Positions 26,418 to 40,061 of a DNA stretch of 64,000 nucleotides are shown in pieces. The position numbers and the translations under genes were made by a program. This stretch comes from Flaccisagitta enflata (Eukaryota). Below the pieces are notes generated by a model. It was not told the DNA's origin and did no database searches. It worked only from the letters and a program-made list of their open reading frames with translations. Every line of letters starts with the position of its first letter. The first letter of the stretch is position 1. The DNA is taken from the NCBI GenBank assembly GCA_965153355.1, contig OZ231126.1, positions 1,054,001 through 1,118,000 on the forward strand. Direction: 5' to 3'.

Positions 26418-27824
26418 AAAGTTCTTCTTTTCTTTCTTCTTCCTCCGCGTGTCCTCCTCCTCCTCTTCCTCTCGCCTTCATTTTATATTCGAACTCTCCT
26501 TCCTCCACTTCGTCTTCTTTTCTCCTCCTCTTCCTCCTCCTCCTCCTCCTCCACCTTTCTTTCCTCCCCCTTCCCCCTTTTTCAGCTCTCTTCTTGAATC
26601 CATGTTTGCGCTTAGTTCTCAGAATGCGATCAATGAAATCTTCACTCTTTTCTTTTTAATTCTATTTCTTTCGTCTTTCCTATTTATTTGTTTTTCTTTT
26701 TCTTTTTTTTTGTTGCGGATACTCAATTCTGTAAAAGGCTTTTGCGGTCCGTTGGTCAGTCGGTCCGTCCGTTGGTCCGTTGGTCCGTAAGAACGAGTCT
26801 AAAAGTGGAAAAACGAGTGTTTTACAAATTTGTTTTGTGTATGTATGGGGAAAGGGGGGGGGGGGTATGTGCGTCCCTTCCCACCCACCCGCAACAATGA
26901 CAGGGTGTGCGAAAAAAAAGGTATTCAAATATTACCCCAAAAACCGTATTACCAGATGACCCAGCAAAATTAAAAGTACAATCTCACAATTAGTTTTACT
27001 GAATGCTAAATAATCTTGAATCCATTGTCACTTTTCATTTGTCCATTATGACAAACAATTATGAAACTACTGAAAATGGGCCTTTCCCGCCCTCCGTCAT
27101 TCTCTTTTTAAATACCTTTTCTGCCTATCCTCTGAATCCTCGGAGGAATTTTGAATAATGGTTAATTGACAAACATGACCTTGACTTTGATGGAAAAGTG
27201 TTCGTGATATATGGGTTTTGTATGCTTACTCCAAAAAATACTAAACTTGTTGCACATCCTGTTATGATAACCCCGGTTTCTTTTGCACAGCTTGATAGAC
27301 ATACCGATGGACGCATCATAAGACGGACTGACCGATCGATGGACATACCCCCGTTTACAGATGCGAGGACGTACCTGAAAATGGATGAACGGGTTCGCAG
27401 TCTTTTGTATTGCCATAACCGAGGGCTTTGTTTATTTTGTGTTCATAAAAATTGAATTAGAATGGGCACGCGAGTTTATTTTAAAAACGTTTTGATTAAT
27501 GCGTTTTAGAGTGGATCTAAAGTTTTATGAGTCAGCATAAAAGAACTTCCTCTCTCCCCGATTTTATAATTATTTCACGACTGCAACATACATGAAAGAA
27601 CATCTTCTTTCCCCGATTTTATAATTATTCCACGACAGCAGCAATTATGGCAGTAACGACAAAAATAACGACAGCAGAAAAAATCTCAATAATAAAGAAA
27701 ATTAACAGCATAAGCAACAAGAAAAACAACAACAACAACAACACCAACAACAACAACAAGAAAAACCACAACAACAACAACAACAACAACAACAATAAAA
27801 ATAACAACATCAACAACAACAACC

Positions 27825-27921
<97 letters not shown>

Positions 27922-28270
27922 AAACAACAGTGCCTAACGTCAGAGTGTTTTAAAGAAAACTTCAAGTGCATCTGACTGAAAATTGTATCCCCCTTTTTCC
28001 CTTACGAATATTTCACGATTCAGCGACGTCTTCATTGATGGAAAAATAAAAATGAAAGACAGAGAGAAAAAAGAAAGAAAGAAAAAAACATGAAGTAAAA
28101 ACAGGAAATTTTATATAATGGTAATGGTAATTGTAAGGAAAAAGAAAATAGAGTAATAAAAAAAAAGAAAGAAAGAAAGAAAGGCCAAAACTCTTCTTTT
28201 ATTGTCTTGTGAAAAAAGAAGATGGAATCGAATTTTGTGCGGCACACGCAAACTCATGTGAGTGCATTTC

Positions 28271-28747
28271 TTATATCAGTATGGACATGTCAAAAAAGTC
28301 CTTTTTCTTGGGTAATGCCGCAAATCTTAAACCTCTTGTCATGATCGGGGGAGTGAGAGAGTAAGAAGATGAGAGGGAAGGACAGAGTTTGGTAACAGAG
28401 TAAGTAAATCCTTGCAATGCCAAATCTGCGCTGTCGTTCTCGAGACAATCCAGCAAATTGCAGAACGAGCCTACGCCTTCTTTGTAGTTGGAATTGACTT
28501 TTGTAATGTTATAAGTTATATGTGAAGATCTTCGACAATTTTCTGCCAAATTTCTATGAAAACTCTTTTGTAAGTGCCCTGTACCGCTGGCATTGACACC
28601 ACACGTACAACATCTGACATCTTCAAACTGATGGATGATTTGAGGATCTATCAGCACCACCACAGAATAATTATGCGATGCGTTATTACCAAAATTAAAG
28701 AGACGCCTGGAGAACCAAACCAGAGCTACATAAGGCAGAGGAAGGAA
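28271..28747 (-). pseudogene. Possible divergent ionotropic receptor (IR/iGluR) S1-lobe fragment
   Basis: Stop-bounded frame ...HNYSVVVLIDPQ...NLAENC..ITYNI...GSFCNLLDCLENDSADLALQGFTYS...SLTPPIMTRGLRFAALPKK. Resembles iGluR GxWxGMIGELxxxxADIAVAPLT...FSKPFMxxGISI. Stops before any TM segment. Confidence 0.4.
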
Positions 28748-28817
28748 TCAAAGTTTTGGTTGATGTTGGATAAAAAGATAGAATTCGGTGTCACTTTTCA
28801 TCACAGAAGTATACAAA

Positions 28818-29024
28818 AACAAGGCCGGATACACGGCCACCGAAGTCGCGTGCGGGTGGGCAGGGGCCATATTTGAGGTCACCAGACCATTTGGGCAGGA
28901 GCAGTGAGGTCAATGAAATAAAGTCGTAAAAAAAGTAAAGTGTGACCGACCAACCGACCGGCCAACCGACCGACCGACCGACGGACAAAGCGGGTTGTAG
29001 AGTCGCGTGCACGCGATTAAAAAA
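28818..29024 (-). mobile_element. HINE family A, full copy
   Basis: aacaaggccggatacacggcc...agtcgcgtgcgggtggg...(accg)n...agtcgcgtgcacgcgattaaaaaa. Confidence 0.8.
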
Positions 29025-29067
29025 CATCAACTCCCAGTTCCGTGACATCCAGAGAGATGCAGTACTT

Positions 29068-29124
<57 letters not shown>

Positions 29125-29529
29125 TCCAGAAAAGGAGGCAAAGACAGATGCAGAAAGACAGAAACAGAGACAGATACAGAAAAGAGGCAAAAGCCGGTTA
29201 AACAGGTACCCAAGTCGCGTGCAGTAATGTTGAAGTTCATTATGGTATTTTGGCTTCAGCAGTGAGTTAAGAAACGCTCATTAACACCTAAAAAATTAAA
29301 AAAAGTGACAGACGGATGGATTGACGGAACGGGTTTTAGAGATGTGTCATGTGTGCATGCAAATGGAAACGCGGGGAACGAGAGAAATGTCTATGTCTAA
29401 TTACAGTCTAAGTACAGTAGCTAAGTTTAAACCAAGTTTTGATGGCACGACTGCGCGACCTAGCTATGACAAAATCGCATTTGTTTGGTGGAAATCGATT
29501 TGGAAGATTTGAGAAGGATGATAACTAGT

Positions 29530-30652
29530 ATCCAAGGATCGCACATGGTCAGCGGTACCCAATGTCCTGCTGGGATTAATCCAGTGAAGTGGAGTGAGAG
29601 CAGGGCAGCGGCCCCAAAAGGTACAATATGACGGCAATTTTTTGAAGGAAAATCAAGCGTTTCACCATACTTTTTGCATCAGTATCAGGATAATGATGGT
29701 CCTCAAATGCTTTTAGAAGACAAATTGTCTCTAAAGACACTTGATGTATACATTTTTTTCATATTTGGACCTCAAAAGTAATTTTAACTATGCAATTCAC
29801 CTGAAAATAGTCAAGAGAATCAAGAATTTTTGTAAAATCTTGATTACATTTTTTTATTCTTGCCTGCGGTTGAAATTATATTACTCTCTAATGAAAGGAA
29901 ATTTTGCATTTCCAAAAACATAGTTCTCTCTGTAAATGATTTTTAAGGAGAACTATGTTTTTCATTTTTTCATTTTTTCATTTTCTATGCAAATTTATAA
30001 TTTCAACCGCCCCTTGGTCACTGACCAAAAATGAAATTCTTAGTAATTTGCAGTAAATTTTCTTCATCAATTTTACCTTAATTAGGTTCTTTTTTGTTGA
30101 TAAGTGCAAAGCATGCAAAAAAAATATCTATTGTGACTTATTTCAATGATTATTTTGTTATAATCATTCAGTTTTACATATTTTCATTTCTTAATTTTGG
30201 CCCCCGATGAAACACAAATGTTGCCTTCGGAAGACCACTGTCATATCCTGTAGAACACAGAAGGGAATTTCCATTCATCCTGAGGGGGCATGTTTCAGGC
30301 CTTAGATGACTGATTTAGGCCGCTGAAGGCAAATTTTAAGGCTGGAGGGCAGAATTAAGGCTTGGAGAGCCAATTTGAGGTTTGGAGGGAAAATTCAAGC
30401 CATGGAGGGTTGATTTTATGCTTGGAGGGCTAATTGAAGGTCTGGAAGGCAGATTTGAGGTCTGGGGGTCAGATTTGAGGTGGGGGGGGGCTGATTTGAA
30501 GCCTGGAAAGCTGATTTGAGGCCTGGAGGGCTAAATTGAGGGCTGGGAGGGCAAATTTGAGGCCAATGGAAGGGGGACGGAAAGACGGACATATGGAAAT
30601 TCCCCCCTGTGTTCTACAGGACATCGGCCTTTTGGGGCCGCTGCCCAAAAAG
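29530..30652 (-). mobile_element. HINE family B with nested TA MITE (~29627-30245)
   Basis: ggtcagcggtaccc...gggcagcggcccc left end and ccccctgtgttctacaggac...ggggccgctgcccaaaaa right end; 21-bp internal repeats. Inner tatgacggcaat / cactgtcata. Confidence 0.6.
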
Positions 30653-31173
30653 GCCGGATGCACGGCTACCAATGTGGCGTGCGGGTGGGCAGGAGCAGTG
30701 ATAAACAAGTCATTCAAGGATTGCACGTGGTCAACGGTACCCGAAGCTCTGGTTAAAGCTTAAGAAGTGAGAGCTCGCCAGTGGCCCTAAAGGGCCAATG
30801 TCCTGTAGGACAAAGGGGTATTTACCATCAGTGTCATTTTGTGAGTTCAGTCTGTAGTTTTGGCCCTTAAGCAATTTCACATGCATTGCAAATTGCTTAG
30901 GATCATTTGAAATAAGCTTTACTGCTTTTAAGCTAGATGATGAAAAAAAATTTGATTTAAAAGAAAACAGTAAAGTGAATCATACTTGTTTTGAGCTGTG
31001 CTAATTGGCCTTTATCATATTCAATGTAACAAACTAAAGCAATACTTGTCATACAACCAGATAAGCTAGTACCATTTGATACAGGTTTGTTTTGATTAAG
31101 ATTTCAGGATTTCATAGAAATGATCGTGAATTATTTCAAATGATTCTATTCCTAATGTGTTTTTTTCCTTCAG

Positions 31174-31321
31174 CAATTGCACGTGATCGCGCGGACATTT
31201 CTTAACGCGTGCGAAGACGGAGACATTGAAGGAGTTCGTCGATGCTTCCCAAGACTGCCTTCACTGCATCAATGCGTCGACTCCTTTGGCAGAACAGGAT
31301 TCCTGTTGTCTGTGGAAAAAG
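31174..31321 (+). CDS. TRPC-like channel, ankyrin exon (first exon found)
   Basis: ttccttcag|QLHVIARTFLNACEDGDIEGVRRCF...CVDSFGRTGFLLSVEK|GTGAGA, like TRPC 'FLLAAERGD...CVDPLGRSAL'. Confidence 0.85.
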
Positions 31322-31331
31322 GTGAGAAATT

Positions 31332-32008
31332 AAGGAAGAAGAAGAAGAAGGAGAAGAAAAAGAAGAAGAAGAAGAAGAAGAAGAAGAAGAAGAAGGAGAA
31401 GAAGAAGAAGGAGAAGAAGAAGAAGAAGAAGAAGAAGAAGAAGAAGAAGAAGAAGAATACAGAGGAAGGAGAAGCAGGAGAGGACAAAAAAAAAGAATAG
31501 GAAAAAGAAGAAGCAGAAGAATAAGAGGAAGACGAAAAAGAAGGAGAAGAAGAAGAAGAAGATGAAGAAGAAGAAGAATACAGAGGAAGGAGAAGCAGGA
31601 GAGGACAAAAAAAAAGAATAGGAAAAAGAAGAAGCAGAAGAATAAGAGGAAGACGAAAAAGAAGGAGAAGAAGAAGAAGAAGATGAAGAAGAAGAAGAAT
31701 ACAGAGGAAGGAGAAGCAGGAGAGGACAAAAAAAAAGAATAGGAAAAAGAAGAAGCAGAAGAATAAGAAGAAGAAGAAGAAGAAGAAAAGAAGAAGAAGA
31801 GGAGGAAGAGGAAGAAGAATAGAAGAAAGAAGAAGCAGAAAAAAAAGAGGAAGAAGAAAAAGAAGAAGAAGAATAAGAAGAAGCAGCAGCAGCAGAAGCA
31901 GAAGAAAAAGAAAGCGAAGAAGAAGAAGAAGAAGAAGAAGAAGAAGAAGAAGAAGAAGAAGAAGAAGAAGAAGAAGAAGAAGAAGAAGAAGAAGAAGAAA
32001 AAGAAGGA
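31332..32008. repeat. (GAA)n compound array with an internal ~121-bp triplication
   Basis: gaatacagaggaaggagaagcaggagaggacaaaaaaaaagaatagg occurs three times within GAA runs. Confidence 0.9.
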
Positions 32009-32230
32009 CCTCATATTTATATTGTCTGCACATCGATTTCTGCATCAAGGAAAAGAATGAATTAATAAAGAATCAGAAAACTGATTCTCATGACAAAGAA
32101 ACAAGATGATTCAAAACACGGTATTGCCGGATTTGATCAAAACAACGAGCAAATAAAACAATTCCTTGCTTAGTATTGCCAGATTTGATCAAAACAACAA
32201 ATAAAAGAAACAATTCCGTAGCACTTAGTA

Positions 32231-32407
32231 CAGTTGAACCCCGCTCTAACGGATTTCAGGGGACCAATAATTTTCTTCTGTTTTAGATGGACTTCTGTTA
32301 TTGCTAACAAAGGAAATAAAAGAAGTAAACTTGAAGGGACCATGAATTTGCATCTGATATAGGCGGAAATCCATTGGTGGCGGGTTTGTTCAAGCGAGGT
32401 TCAACTG
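32231..32407. mobile_element. Tigger/pogo-like MITE (inverted homologue at 46539-46713)
   Basis: TA-cagttgaaccccgc...gcgaggttcaactg-TA, inserted in a ~55-bp degenerate tandem array (32040-33100). Confidence 0.8.
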
Positions 32408-33165
32408 TATTAAACTACGAACGAATGAAACAATTCCTCACTCAGTATTGATAGATTTTTCAAAACAGCAAACAAATGATATTTGTTGTAAGATTTCATC
32501 AATATTACATACATAATATTACATACATAATATTACATGCATAACTTTTGACCAGTCTTGTGATAATTTCTAAAGAGGGAATATTTCTTTAGAAATTTAA
32601 AGGATAGTTGTGATGGGTCCGGATTAAACACCAGTGAGAGCTCCAAAGGCTCCCATCCTTTAGTAAAGTAGGGTTGAGTAGTAATGTTGTCCAACTTTCA
32701 TACAAATGAAATGATTCTTTTCTCTGCATTGATGGATATGATCAAAACAACAAACAAATGAAGCAATTCCTATCTCAGTATGGATAGATTTGATTAAAAT
32801 AACAAAAAAATGAAACAATTTCTAACACAGTATTAATAAATTTGATTAGGATAACAAATAAATAAAACATTTCCTTACTCAGTGTTGAAAATATTGATGG
32901 ACTTCATCAAAATAACAAGCCTGTGAAATAGATCCTTACACAGTATTGATGGATTTGATCGATACAAAATGAATCAACTCCTTACTTAGTATTGTTAGTT
33001 TGTATCAAATGAAACCACTGCTTTCATAGAAATTCGGAATTTGATCAAAACAAACATGAGAAATGATTCCTTTCAAATTTTAATCCATCTCAATTTTGTT
33101 TTCATTGAATCATATCCGGCTCACCGTGCGAGCATGAAAATATCTTGGCCAGTTCCAAATTTGTA

Positions 33166-34764
33166 CAGTAGATGTCGTCTAGACTTGGAAATACGGGGGA
33201 ATTCATTACAGGAAGACAAATGAACCTAAGAAACTGATATTTAGAATATGAATTAATAAAAGGATGCTTTATTGCCCATGGGTATTGGTTGCCATGGAAA
33301 TATGTTTCCATGTATTTACAGGTGATTTCCGGCGGGAGACTCACAGGCCTAAGTTGTATCAATAACACGTATTTTTGATCTATTTTCTGGAAAATTCTCC
33401 TCAGTCGTCTCTCAGCAATGACTTTCTATGCATTGATAAACACATTACTATGATATCAGCAAGAAAACTCGACCTGAATAGTATTTTTACTATCTATTTT
33501 ACGCTTTAAGGCATGATGGACAGTGCCTAATTTACGTGTAACCTTGTGTAACCAGAGCTGTTTTTATCAATTTATGATCTGCGCAGCTTCTTTACAGCCA
33601 TTTTCCAGTTTGGTAGTCTAGATTAGCTGCTGACCTTAGCCTGAAATCATATTTGTTACTCCTTTTGTGCATGATGTGCTTTCTAGAACGCACCTGAAGT
33701 AGTAGAGGAAAATACGCCTTTGACAATGTAATTATTAAGGTTGATAATGGGCTTATGATAAATGAGAACCATAACGAAATGAGGCCTGGGAAGGTCTAAG
33801 GTAATGTTGTTTGTGACCATCAAAAAAGAAATTCACAGTCATTAACTGTCTTGGCTCAATGACAAAAAGTTGAATTTCGGACAATTGATATTTTTCAACA
33901 ATTTAATCGTCCCATCCATGTCCGAAATATGTAGGTGATCGTTGTTTAAAAGACAGGTTTATAATGTCTCCGCTTTTTGTATGTAAGGCAGCTGAATAGA
34001 AATAAGCTAAAGTTCCCTACCATTGATACATTTCTCATCCCTAAAAAAGGAAAAATCGAATTTTGGACAATTGGTATTTTTCAACATTTTGGATGCCAAG
34101 GGCAATGGCAATGCATTGACATAAATTTTTATGAGAGGACCTTTCTTCATAATGCAATCAGCTAAGAGGGTCTCAAGGAATTATTTGAAGTCAAAGAAGC
34201 ATTTCCATCATTGATATCTAGCAGAAAGTAACTAGCGATATACCTAAATTGGCAAATTTTGTAACTTTTCCCCCGACTCTCTCATGGACTTAGAAAAAAA
34301 TCATGAATTCTGGTCAAAAATGACATGATTTTGAGAACCTGATATTTGTACGTTTCAGATGATTCTGAATCGAATGAGACTGACTTTTTTATACCAAAAA
34401 ATTTTACCACTACCCCTGACCCCTAGCCTCTAGGGGCCCCTAGGGGGGCCCAGGGGCGCCATTAAGCTTTGGTAATCGTCAATTCTAATCCCCCTGAACA
34501 ACAAGATTGCAAATTGGTCGTAGGTTACTTCCAATATCGAGTTCTGAAAATTCATCTTTTTCCCCTCCAAATGTGAGTCTGCCGCTGGAAATCACCTACA
34601 CTAAAGTAGCGTGAATACATGGAAAAGGGTTTCCATGGCAACCAACACCCATGGGCAATAAAACATCCTTTTATTACCCTATATTCCAAATATCAGTCTC
34701 TTAAGTATATTTATCTGCTTGTAGTAAATTCCTCCATATTTCCACGTCTAGATAATATCTACTG
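33166..34764. mobile_element. Tc1/mariner-type non-autonomous element with long TIRs
   Basis: TA-cagtagatgtcgtctaga...tctagataatatctactg-TA; inverted similarity extends ~180 bp. Confidence 0.8.
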
Positions 34765-34919
34765 TACTCAATCTCTCGTCTTGACTTGAAATCTAATTTG
34801 TCCGTGCAAAGGCGGACCACATTTATCGATTGAAAGGGTGAATCGTCGTGACGTCAGGGAATGTCATTAATACGGATGAAATGTCATATGACAACATGAT
34901 ATTGTATGTCTTATTTTGC

Positions 34920-37070
34920 GATGCAAATGGCGAATGAGGTCTCCGTTATGTCAGACATTAGATTGTGCAAATGGAGGATTCGCACTTCATTGACAATGTA
35001 AATCAAGTTTAGAATAATTGACAAATGAAATATTCATTTATGTTAGAAACTAGAGTGTGAAAACGAAGGATTCATACTTCAGTGACTGCGTCAATCAAGT
35101 TTCATGCAATTCACAAATAGATTTTCATCAATATTAGAAACTAGAATGTGCAAAAGGAGGATTTGCACTTCAGTGACAACATTAATCACGTTTGATGTAA
35201 TTGACATATGAAATTTCTGTCACTAATACTAGGAATATATGTCAGAATTCTTATTTAGTCCAGTCTGTTGATGCATGAAATTGAGCAAACTCAGCTTTTT
35301 TGGAACAAAGCTTGAAAATTTGCATACAAGTATCTAAAATTATGTAGATCATGATAATGATAGGTGCAGGTCAAAAAAATTTGAGCACCTATCCTATAAA
35401 TTCCTCTAAAATTTTCAAAACTATGCCACCGCCAAACCGTCTGCCTCAGGGCAATAAAATTTCATGAGCAAAAAAATATGTGTTTTATACATGTTCATAG
35501 CAAATTTCAGCTCTCTAGCTTTGTTAGAAGTGGAGTTTGCCAATTTACTTTTGGGTGTATTTTTCTCAAAAATACCCGTTTTCCAAAAAGATGCAGTTTT
35601 TGTATACAAAAGTAAATCGGCTATATCTCTGCTTCTAATAAAGCTAGAGAACTGAAATTTGGTGTGCATATGTACAAAATACATATTTTTTGGCTCAAAA
35701 GATTTCATTGCCCTCACTCAAGCGGTTTGGCGATGGCATGATTTCAAAAATTTTGAACAATTTTTAAAATAGGTGCTCAAATTTTTTTTACCTGCACCTA
35801 TCATTATTATGATCTATATGACTTTAAATACTTGTAACACCTGTGCAAGAATTATTGCAACAACTTCGTAAGATGGTCAAACCTTAATGAAAAGAAATGA
35901 AGAAATTTGGTTTTCACAATTAGTTAGTTCTCGGAAAATGCTTCATTTTGCACATGAATAACATCCCTATTAGTTAAAACAAAGCCAAGATATAAAAAAA
36001 TCAGTGAAAACATCTATCTCTCTTGGCACTGCAAAATTACCAGAAAACAGTGTCATCTTTTAAAAGACTCTTAAATTTGATTGAACATAGACAAAATCAT
36101 GCGGATTGCGCTACTGGTTATATCTTGAGCTGTAGTTTGATAATCTCATGGATTTCAAGTCTAATTTCATAAGCAAAATGGTCAAATCTTGGTGAAAGAG
36201 TAACCCAAAAATTGACATTCTGAACACAATCACCTTTCAGTTGTGTTAAATAAATCTAACTTGCGTCTTCTAAAAGGGATTGAAGATACATTTTCCGTCT
36301 TGTAATAGCTAGTATTATCATAAGAATAACCAAACCTGATCAAATATGTGAATACAGTATTGCTCAAGGGGAGACAAATTGATAAATGTTATGTTGTTGC
36401 AATAATTATTGCACAGATGTTATGTAAAATTTCAAGCTTTGTTCCAGAAAAGCTGAGTCCTTTCTTTAACAACCTGGACTAATTATCTCAACTAACAACT
36501 TGAGATATCAGACAAAAATATAAAATATTAATCACCTTCTTGAAGTTGTGTCAATCCAATTTGATGCAATTGACAAATTTCCATTGATGTTAAAAACTAA
36601 ATTTTGCAAAAAGAGGATTCAAACTTCTATGACTAAGTCAATCAAATTTGATGCAAATGGCGAAAGAAATTTCACTGATGTAAAAAACTAAATCGTGCAA
36701 AAGGAGGATTTGCACTTCAGTGACTATGGCAATCAAGTTTTATGCAAATGACAAATGAAGTTTCACAGAAAAAAAACCCTATATCTTGCAACAGATTGAT
36801 TCGCACTTCAGTGACTACGTCAATCAAGTTTGATACAAATGGCGAATTAAATTTCATTGATGTAAAAAACTAAATTGTGCAAAAGGAGGATTTGCACTTC
36901 AGTGATTACGTCAATCAAGTTTGATGCAAATGGCGAATGAAATTTCAATGAAGTAAAAAAGTAAATCACGCGAAAGGAGGATTCGCACTTCAGTGACTAC
37001 GTCAATCTAGTTTGATGGAAATAGGGAATGAAATTTCCGTTGACGTCAGAAACTAGATCGTGCAAAAGGT
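34920..37070. repeat. ~85-90-bp degenerate tandem array interrupted by nested MITEs (35258-36479 containing 35837-36420)
   Basis: Unit gtgcaaaaggaggatttgcacttcagtgactacgtcaatcaagtttgatgcaaatgg. TA-gtccag/ctggac-TA and TA-acacctgtgcaa/ttgcacagatgt-TA ends. Confidence 0.75.
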
Positions 37071-37430
37071 TTTCCGCTTTGAGATGAATTCAAAAGCACA
37101 AGACAAGACAAGTGAGTTGTTTGTTTATCAGCATAGATTTTCTCTTTTATTCAGTTTATGCACAGACTACAGAGCTTACTTGCTTTTGAATGTTTCTTTT
37201 TCGTTCGCTGTCCACGAGTCAGTTTTGGTCATGTCTGGTCAGGTCAATTCAATGTTCATCCCTTCACTTTGGATAACAATGGACATGAGTCATCCTGTCA
37301 CAGGACTGAAAGTTTATTTTTCAATTGAGACAGATTTTACCTCAAGTTGTGCAACTGCCGCAGTTGTTGCAAATGCTGCGTCAAAAGCTCTTGTTTTCTT
37401 TGCCGCTTTGCCTAACCGGAAATGGACAGG

Positions 37431-37492
<62 letters not shown>

Positions 37493-39723
37493 TTGCGACT
37501 ATTGTCTTTTCTGTTGAAGAGGCGAAAAATGAAGAGGGGCAGGTGGAGTCTGTTGGGTGGGGTGGGGGCGTCTATCGGAGGATGGGGTAGATGCGAATGG
37601 GGATGGATATGGTTACGAGTATTAGTATAACAAGGAAGAGGAGAGGTAGATGATGAGAGGTAGATGATGAGAGGTAGATGATGATAGGTAGATAATGTTC
37701 GAAATGAATTCCAAACGTAGAATAAACAAGGCCGCATACACGGCTACCCTAGTCGCGTGCTGGTGGGCAAGGGCAGTGATAACAATGGCTTACTTGCAAT
37801 TGGGCAGGCGTCGTAATTCAATATATAACCACTTGTAAACGTCGAAATATTAAATTAACAGACAGATGGACGGACGGACGAATAAAGCGAGTCGTAGAGT
37901 GGCGAATTATTTCAATGGCTATAAAAGTTTTGAACATCATTGGCTATGAAAGCTTTGAACATCATTGCTCCTGCCCATTCGCACGCCTGAAAATTTCTTG
38001 AAGAGATGCATTCATATACTCGGCCTCGTGAGAAAGCGATGTTGAATTATCAGAGGCCAGTTTATCTAAGCGGCTTTTAGTTCATCTTTTTAGTGATCTT
38101 CTCTGAGACAAATCAGCACGCGAAGTGCAAGACAGAGACTCAATAATCTATACAAAGAGGGTTTGTTCAGTCGCCCTCACGCGAAATCCATGCACTTTCA
38201 GTTGCTTCCAGTTGCTTCCAGTTGCATTCAGTTGCTTTTACCATTATCTGTTAGTCTGTCTGTCCGTCCGTCTACTTATAAGTCTACCAATCAACCTGTT
38301 TAATCTAGCAAAAACCCTTTTTGCCTTATTGCCACTTTTCGATCAACCACGTCACTTATTGATGGGAAAACAAGCCCAAGACAGGGCAAAAGTTAATAAC
38401 GGTTGGACAGGGGCAGTACTACAGTACTACAAAACTACACTTCAAAAGTATTTCACAACTACATACCTTACAATGACCTAATACGCTATAAAGTTTGACG
38501 GACGGAATGACTGAGGGGCGGATGAACGGACCGACATTGCAAGGCGTAGAGTCGCGTGTCCGCGACTAAAAACCCGCTGAAATCAAAGCTGTAAAAAAAG
38601 CACACTATAAAGCACATGATGAATTGATGATTGATATCTGTAGAGTGAAGAGTCATTAAGGACGGGTTTCTAGTGACGACAAGAACTGCAATTACTCTTA
38701 TTACTATGATGTCATGTCAATTAATCCGAGGAGTGAGAGAGGAAGAACTCCGACAAAGGTTGTCACAGAGTGAAAACAAGGCTAAGTTATGGCCAATATG
38801 TGCACCTCGCTCATTAAGAATGTGTATTTAAATGAATGAATGAATAAATGAATGAATGAATGAATGAATGAATGAATGAATGAATGAATGAATGAATGAA
38901 TGAATGAATGAATGAATGAATGAATGATTGAATAAATAAATGGATGAATGAATGAATGAATGAATGAATGAATGAATGATTGAATGAATGAATGAATGAA
39001 TGAATGAATGAATGAATGAATGAATGAATGAATGAATGAATGAATGAATGAATGAATGAACGAATGAATGATTGAATAAATAAATGGATGAATGAATGAA
39101 TGAATGAATGAATGAGTAAATGAACAAATGAATGTTGGCAGGCATGAGAAGGATGAATGACATCGTAATCGACCATTCTGTGCCGTTTTTGGGTTAGCCA
39201 GACCGACCAACCGATCGACCGACCAACTGACCAACGAACATGACCGCTTATAGATGTGCGAGGTACCACATGAAGTGCCGTGAGGAACGGAGAAGAGAGA
39301 GGAAAAATAGTGAGAGGAGGAAAGTCAGTAGGAGTAACAGTAGTAGGAGGAGATGTAGTAGAAGAAGTAGTAGTAGTTGGAGGAGTAGTAATTGAAGGAT
39401 TCCCAGTAGCGGTAGGCGGAGTAGTAGTAGGAGGAGGAGGAGTGAAACGACCTTCCCTTCAGACAGAATGGCATCCAAGTGAAACGATGTATTTGTGCAA
39501 ATTGACACGTTTTTATTCTTAACACAATTAAAAAAAAAAACAAGAAAAAAAAAAGTAAAAAAGAAAAATAAAAGAAGCAAAATACCACGTTTGAACGTTC
39601 TGAAGCAAGTTAGTCATTCATTTATTCATAGATTTATTTATGACTCATTCATTTCATTCATTTGTTCATTGATTTATCGATTACTCATTTTACATCTTTT
39701 GTATCAGTTTTTCATCCTTACAA

Positions 39724-39822
<99 letters not shown>

Positions 39823-39842
39823 AAACAACCACACCCACAACT

Positions 39843-39947
<105 letters not shown>

Positions 39948-40061
39948 ACAAGCTGTATTAAAAGACGTGGCCGCGTACGACCAAGAGGACCACTCTCACG
40001 AATCAAGAATCATTCTTTTATCAGAGTTAATGACATCGGCAAAAAGTTTAAAATAGACCTT

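Noticed and set aside
37317-37415. Possible minus-strand terminal exon GKAAKKTRAFDAAFATTAAVAQLEVKSVSIEK*
   Set aside because: Plausible acceptor, but no recognisable family and no partner exons identified; the overlapping plus-strand ORF 37060-37590 is also unsupported.
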